Shown here: piece after piece, positions 27,957-32,000 of the stretch
Layout of the letters: each line of letters starts with the position of its first letter
How positions within the stretch are numbered: position 1 is the first letter of the stretch
NCBI RefSeq assembly: GCF_000010065.1
Contig: NC_006576.1
Span: forward strand, 1,200,001 to 1,232,000
DNA: 32,000 nt
Source: Synechococcus elongatus PCC 6301
Lineage (GTDB): Bacteria > Cyanobacteriota > Cyanobacteriia > Synechococcales > Synechococcaceae
Reading direction: 5' to 3'
The notes under the pieces: generated by a model
The model's input: the letters and a program-made list of their open reading frames with translations, nothing else
Database searches by the model: none
What the model was told of the DNA's origin: nothing
Program-made: the position numbers and the translations under genes

Positions 27957-29348
27957 TTAGGGTAAGCCCCGCAGACTCAGCAGTTGAATGCCCTGGGGCT
28001 GCGAGAGCAGTGCGTGATTCAGCAGCAATCCCGTAAACGTCCAAGTCTGATAACGGCAGGCGCGAGTAGCAATCTGGACCGAGTCCTGACCCTCGTAGTA
28101 CTCTGGCCACTCATCGCCAGGGAGTTGCTCGCACTGCTGAGTGTGGTAGTGCTGAAGCTTATTCAGCCAGACCTGACAGAGATTGCGATCGCCTCCCCGC
28201 TGTTGGTAGTGCAAGACCGCCGCACTGAGATACCAAAGCAGGGATGGCCAACTACCACCGTTGTGATAGGACCAAGGCTGATTTTTAGGATCGCAACCCG
28301 TCAGGATTTTCCACGCCGATCCGGTTAAAGCGGGATAGCAGAGCCGCAACGGCACTTGGCCCAAAATCTGGGCTTCGTTCTGCAAAATCAAGCGCAGAAT
28401 CGCACCCTGCTGATTGAGCGGAAGCACATCGAAAACGATCGCCAGCAAATTGCCAAGGCTAAAAAAGCGGAAGTCAGGACGTCCTGCCCGTATGTTCCCT
28501 AGGAAGTAGCCACCCGACTCACCCAGCCAAGGTTCAACCCAGTCAGGGATGGCGATCGGCTGAATGTTGTAGGGGTTATGGCTGCGATCGCCAAATTCTT
28601 CGGTGGGCCACTGCTGCCAGCGTCGCAGGCGATCGGGCGTCACCCAGTAGTGCCAGCAGAGATACTGCCGCAGGCGACGGGCTTGCACATGGGCAGCATT
28701 GGCCGCTTCGGTGTATTGCAGCAACTGCCCACAAGCCCGCAGTGCCCCGTAGAGCAGGACTTGAATTTCTAAAGGTGCGCCCGCCACATCCAATGGACGA
28801 CCGACCATGAAGGCCCCATCGGGCACCTCGAGCAGTGGGTTTTGGTTGAAAACCGGACGCAGCAGGAAAGCCAGCAACCGCTGTAACCCCTGCTGAACAG
28901 TCGGACTGTGGACAAAGGCATCATCATGGGAGGCCCGCCGATAGGCCTGTAGCAGCACCGGCCACCAAAGGCTAGGGTCAGCAGAAACCACCCGCCCGAT
29001 CGCCCGCTGACCATAGTCAGCAACGCAGTGGGTTTCCTCACAGACGAAACTGGTCGGCAGAATGCCATAGGTTTGCAGTGCCTGGCTCTGGAGAGAAAGC
29101 GACAGTTGCAAGAAGTCGCGGACAACGTCAGTTTTGCCCTGCAACAGCAGGTAGAGCATCACCGGCACGTTGTCGCGAATAAAGATTTCGCGGTAGTTCG
29201 CTGCCGCCAACTCCTGATCTTCAGGCAGTGCCGCGATCGCCCCCGCCCACTGATCGTGATAGCGAACCAAGGCCCGATCCCAAAGTAACTGCTCCGCTGT
29301 TTGCAGCGCGGTCTGCAGCGTAGCGGGCAGCACAACAGAATCGGGCAT
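27957..29348 (-). CDS. invA: Alkaline/neutral invertase, glycoside hydrolase family 100
   Basis: NYREIFIRDNVPVMLYLLLQGKTDVVRDFLQLSLSLQS...SLWWPVLLQAYRR...FFSLGNLLAIVFDVLP...CDPKNQPWSYHNGGSWPSLLWYLSAAVL. Confidence 0.92.
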   Translation of the reverse strand: MPDSVVLPATLQTALQTAEQLLWDRALVRYHDQWAGAIAALPEDQELAAANYREIFIRDNVPVMLYLLLQGKTDVVRDFLQLSLSLQSQALQTYGILPTSFVCEETHCVADYGQRAIGRVVSADPSLWWPVLLQAYRRASHDDAFVHSPTVQQGLQRLLAFLLRPVFNQNPLLEVPDGAFMVGRPLDVAGAPLEIQVLLYGALRACGQLLQYTEAANAAHVQARRLRQYLCWHYWVTPDRLRRWQQWPTEEFGDRSHNPYNIQPIAIPDWVEPWLGESGGYFLGNIRAGRPDFRFFSLGNLLAIVFDVLPLNQQGAILRLILQNEAQILGQVPLRLCYPALTGSAWKILTGCDPKNQPWSYHNGGSWPSLLWYLSAAVLHYQQRGGDRNLCQVWLNKLQHYHTQQCEQLPGDEWPEYYEGQDSVQIATRACRYQTWTFTGLLLNHALLSQPQGIQLLSLRGLP

Positions 29349-29385
29349 GGCAAAGTCCTGCGGGAGAACAGCAGTGGGTCAGACT

Positions 29386-30927
29386 TTAGTGGAGGAAGTG
29401 GCGCGTGCCAGTAAAGACCATCACAAGGCCAAGTTCGTTCGCCGCTGCAATTGAATCAGCATCACGCAGACTCCCGCCGGGTTGCACGATCGCCCGAATT
29501 CCAGCTGCCGCTGCGGTACGAACACTGTCATCAAAGGGAAAGAAACCATCGCTGGCAAGAATGGCACCTTGAGCGCGATCGCCCGCTTGTTCCAAGGCAA
29601 TTTTGACGGAACCGACCCGATTCATTTGACCGGCACCAATCCCGAGCGTGACGCCATTCGCCGTCACCGCGATCGCATTGGATTTGACATGTTTGACCAC
29701 CTTCCAAGCAAACAGCAACTCCTGCCAATCGGCTTCGCTAGGCTGCTGTTCCGTGACGACCTGCCAAGCATCAACGGTTTCCAGCTGATCATCGCTGTCC
29801 TGCACCAAGAATCCGCCGGCGATCGATCGCACAGTTTGCTGCGGACCGCTATTGAAATCTGCCAGGGTGAGTACCCGTAGGTTTTTCTTAGCTGCGAGAA
29901 TCTCAGCCGCTGCTGGCTCAACCGATGGGGCAACAATACATTCGAGGAAGGTGCCGGTCATCGCCGTTGCAGTTGCCGCATCGATCGCCCGATTCAGGGC
30001 CACAATGCCCCCGAAAGCAGAGACGGAGTCCGCGTCAAACGCTTTTTGATAGGCATCACTCAATGCCTCAGCTGTGGCGACTCCGCCGGGATTATTGTGT
30101 TTGAGAATCGCGGCAGCAGCGGGGCCATCCGCCGGGAACTCCGCAATAATTTGGCGTGCTGCCTCGAGGTCAACTAGGTTGTTGTAGCTCAGCTCTTTGC
30201 CCTGTAGTTGCTGCGCCGCTGCCCAACCGCTGGCCGTAGCACCGGTTTGATACCAAGTCGCCGCCTGGTGGGGGTTTTCGCCGTAGCGCAGGACTTGCAC
30301 CGGCTGAGCACTCAGTTGCAAGCGATCGCTGGTCGCTTCAAATTGCTCAGCGAGATAAGTCGCGATCGCCGCATCATAAGCAGCGGTGTGCTGGAAAGCC
30401 GCTAGAGCGCACTGCTGGCGGAACGCGAGGGGAATTTGTCCCTCTCCATCGGCCAGGGCCGTCAGATAGGGCTCGTACTGGCTGGGGTTAGTCAGAATCG
30501 TTAGGTGAGCATGGTTCTTGGCCGAGGCCCGCACCATTGCTGGCCCGCCGATGTCAATTTGCTCGATCGCATCTGCCAGCGTCACTTCAGGACGGGCGAT
30601 CGTGGCCTCGAAGGGATAGAGATTGACGACGACTAAGTCAAACGGCTGAATGTTGTTGGCCGCTAAATCTGCTTGATCCTCTTCGCGATCGCGGCGCGCC
30701 AAAATGCCGCCATGAATGCGGGGATGCAAGGTTTTGACTCGGCCACCGAGGATTTCGGGTGAGCCCGTGTGTTCTGCAACTTTCGTAACGGGGATACCTG
30801 CTTCTAGGAGTTGCTTGGCGGTGCCACCGCTACTGACAATCTGAAACTGAAAGCGATCGACCAGTTGACGTGCAAAATCAACGAGGCCAGTTTTATCGGA
30901 AACACTGAGCAGGGCAAATCGCGGCAT
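29386..30927 (-). CDS. purH: Bifunctional AICAR transformylase/IMP cyclohydrolase
   Basis: MPRFALLSVSDKTGLVDFARQLV...GGRVKTLHPRIHGGILARR...LRYGENPHQAATWY...AAILKHNNPGGVA...FFPFDDSVRTAAAAGIRAIVQPGGSLRD. ATG at 30927. Confidence 0.97.
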   Translation of the reverse strand: MPRFALLSVSDKTGLVDFARQLVDRFQFQIVSSGGTAKQLLEAGIPVTKVAEHTGSPEILGGRVKTLHPRIHGGILARRDREEDQADLAANNIQPFDLVVVNLYPFEATIARPEVTLADAIEQIDIGGPAMVRASAKNHAHLTILTNPSQYEPYLTALADGEGQIPLAFRQQCALAAFQHTAAYDAAIATYLAEQFEATSDRLQLSAQPVQVLRYGENPHQAATWYQTGATASGWAAAQQLQGKELSYNNLVDLEAARQIIAEFPADGPAAAAILKHNNPGGVATAEALSDAYQKAFDADSVSAFGGIVALNRAIDAATATAMTGTFLECIVAPSVEPAAAEILAAKKNLRVLTLADFNSGPQQTVRSIAGGFLVQDSDDQLETVDAWQVVTEQQPSEADWQELLFAWKVVKHVKSNAIAVTANGVTLGIGAGQMNRVGSVKIALEQAGDRAQGAILASDGFFPFDDSVRTAAAAGIRAIVQPGGSLRDADSIAAANELGLVMVFTGTRHFLH

Positions 30928-31261
30928 TGAAAATCCTAGGAGAAGCATTCAAACAGCAGTCTTCTCCAGCATAAAAGCAAATGACCAAGGCTTGATCGCG
31001 CGATCGCTTCTCTACTCAGCCAAGACAGTTGCGTATTGCTGATTTTCAGTCATCTATTCCAGTCATTTTCAGCTAGCAAAAACCAACTGAAGTCAAGCAG
31101 AATTTCATAATTTTATGACATCAAAAATAGCCTGCAATCACCTTCTGCGATCGCTTAAGTTCAACGAACGTTAGGAGTGAGATCTGAGCAACTTCAGCAG
31201 AGTGCTCAAACCCAATCTTGGTCAGCAAGCGTTTTGATAGCTTCTAGACTCAGCGCAGCCC

Positions 31262-32000
31262 TTAGCGATCCAGCGCGTAGACCTGACCATCAATCAGCAA
31301 ACAGTGAATGCCCTTCGCTTGCAGCCAGCGCGTAGTTTTTAACAAAATCTGGCTGTCGGGCAGTTTGATCACCCGTTGATTGCGCTTACAAAAACGCTTA
31401 GCGGTGCGGGGATTATCAAAGAGCGGCAATGCTTGGGCTTCCGCATGATCCGCCTCTACCGTTCCTAATTCCGCCAAAGTTGTCAGGGAACAGGTGACCA
31501 AATCCGCTGTGCGATCGACAACGACATAGCTAGTGCGGGGGAGGGGTGCAATGCCTAGGGGTAAGAGTTCAAGGGTCGCCGCAGCCTCTGTGCGATCGCT
31601 GTCCCCATCAGCCGCAAGATCGTCTTCGTCGAACACGAGTTCATCGTCTTCGCTGTCATCATCCCCAAATTCATCTGCATCTTCGATCGCAGCAACTCCG
31701 CCCCGCAAATCATCAGCGGTTAGTTCTAAATCGATCGCGGTATTACTGATGTGTTGGGTTGCAGCAGTGGATTGTCCGGGTTCAATCTCTGGCTCTGTTT
31801 CTGAAAAGATCGCCGCTTCCGTGAAGGGGGTTTTCGGAATTGGGCGTGGCCGTTCCGGCGCAGGTTTCGGCTCTGAGATTGGAGTGGGGGGTGGGATCGC
31901 TTCCTCTCCAGTCACCGGCTCGGGCGTTTCTACAGCTAGCGGGGCAAAAAAAGGCGCACTGATGCTAATCGCCTCAGGTTTGTTCGGCAGTTCCGGCGTT
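31262..32000 (-). CDS. Uncharacterised proline-rich/acidic protein, partial (N-terminus beyond the right edge)
   Basis: Frame stays open to the window edge (hand-read ...TPELPNKPEAISISAPFFAPLAVETPEPVTGEE...). The 31915 start in the track is only a GTG. C-terminus NPRTAKRFCKRNQRVIKLPDSQILLKTTRWLQAKGIHCLLIDGQVYALDR. Confidence 0.65.
   Translation of the reverse strand, partial: TPELPNKPEAISISAPFFAPLAVETPEPVTGEEAIPPPTPISEPKPAPERPRPIPKTPFTEAAIFSETEPEIEPGQSTAATQHISNTAIDLELTADDLRGGVAAIEDADEFGDDDSEDDELVFDEDDLAADGDSDRTEAAATLELLPLGIAPLPRTSYVVVDRTADLVTCSLTTLAELGTVEADHAEAQALPLFDNPRTAKRFCKRNQRVIKLPDSQILLKTTRWLQAKGIHCLLIDGQVYALDR

Noticed and set aside
27643-28110. 155-aa minus ORF spanning the DUF4079 and invertase genes
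   Set aside because: Different frame across two supported genes and their spacer; low-complexity artefact.
1-32000. CRISPR array, prophage, or intact insertion sequence
   Set aside because: I saw no regularly spaced direct repeats, integrase/transposase-like proteins, or structural phage genes. The frequent GCGATCGC is HIP1.

Overview
The window looks like ordinary cyanobacterial core chromosome. Codon usage, abundant HIP1 (GCGATCGC) sites and the exact gene content suggest the Synechococcus elongatus PCC 7942/6301 lineage; this is inference, with no database search run. Confident genes, left to right: dxs (partial, -), citramalate synthase cimA, an ABC ATPase, scpB, a DUF760 protein, psbA encoding the Gln130 D1 form (-), a protein with three tandem repeats, a MAPEG protein, an ATP-grasp PGM1-like ligase, bioB, ycf35 and a ycf46-like AAA ATPase (-), a ribbon-helix-helix-like protein, a pentapeptide-repeat protein, a DUF39 protein, a split tRNA-Leu(UAA) with a group I intron (-), ndhL, a DUF3007 protein, trpA, a BrnT-like toxin/antitoxin pair, trpF (-), psaK, a DUF4168-like protein, holA (-), prfB with a +1 programmed frameshift, a DUF3285 protein, ybeY, dgkA, trpG, an MBL-fold protein, a DUF4079 protein, a GH100 invertase, purH, and a partial uncharacterised acidic/proline-rich protein. 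I see no CRISPR array, intact transposon, prophage, or convincing new multigene system. The items most worth a second look are: (a) the tRNA-Leu intron and the prfB frameshift, both missed by the ORF track; (b) an exact 18-bp direct repeat with one copy on the prfB frameshift site and the other about 145 bp upstream; (c) a terminator-like hairpin whose T-run abuts the only start codon of cimA; (d) palindromes at the promoter of the RHH-like gene; (e) an AT-rich 1.18-kb gap between ybeY and dgkA that may be gene decay or an unannotated RNA.
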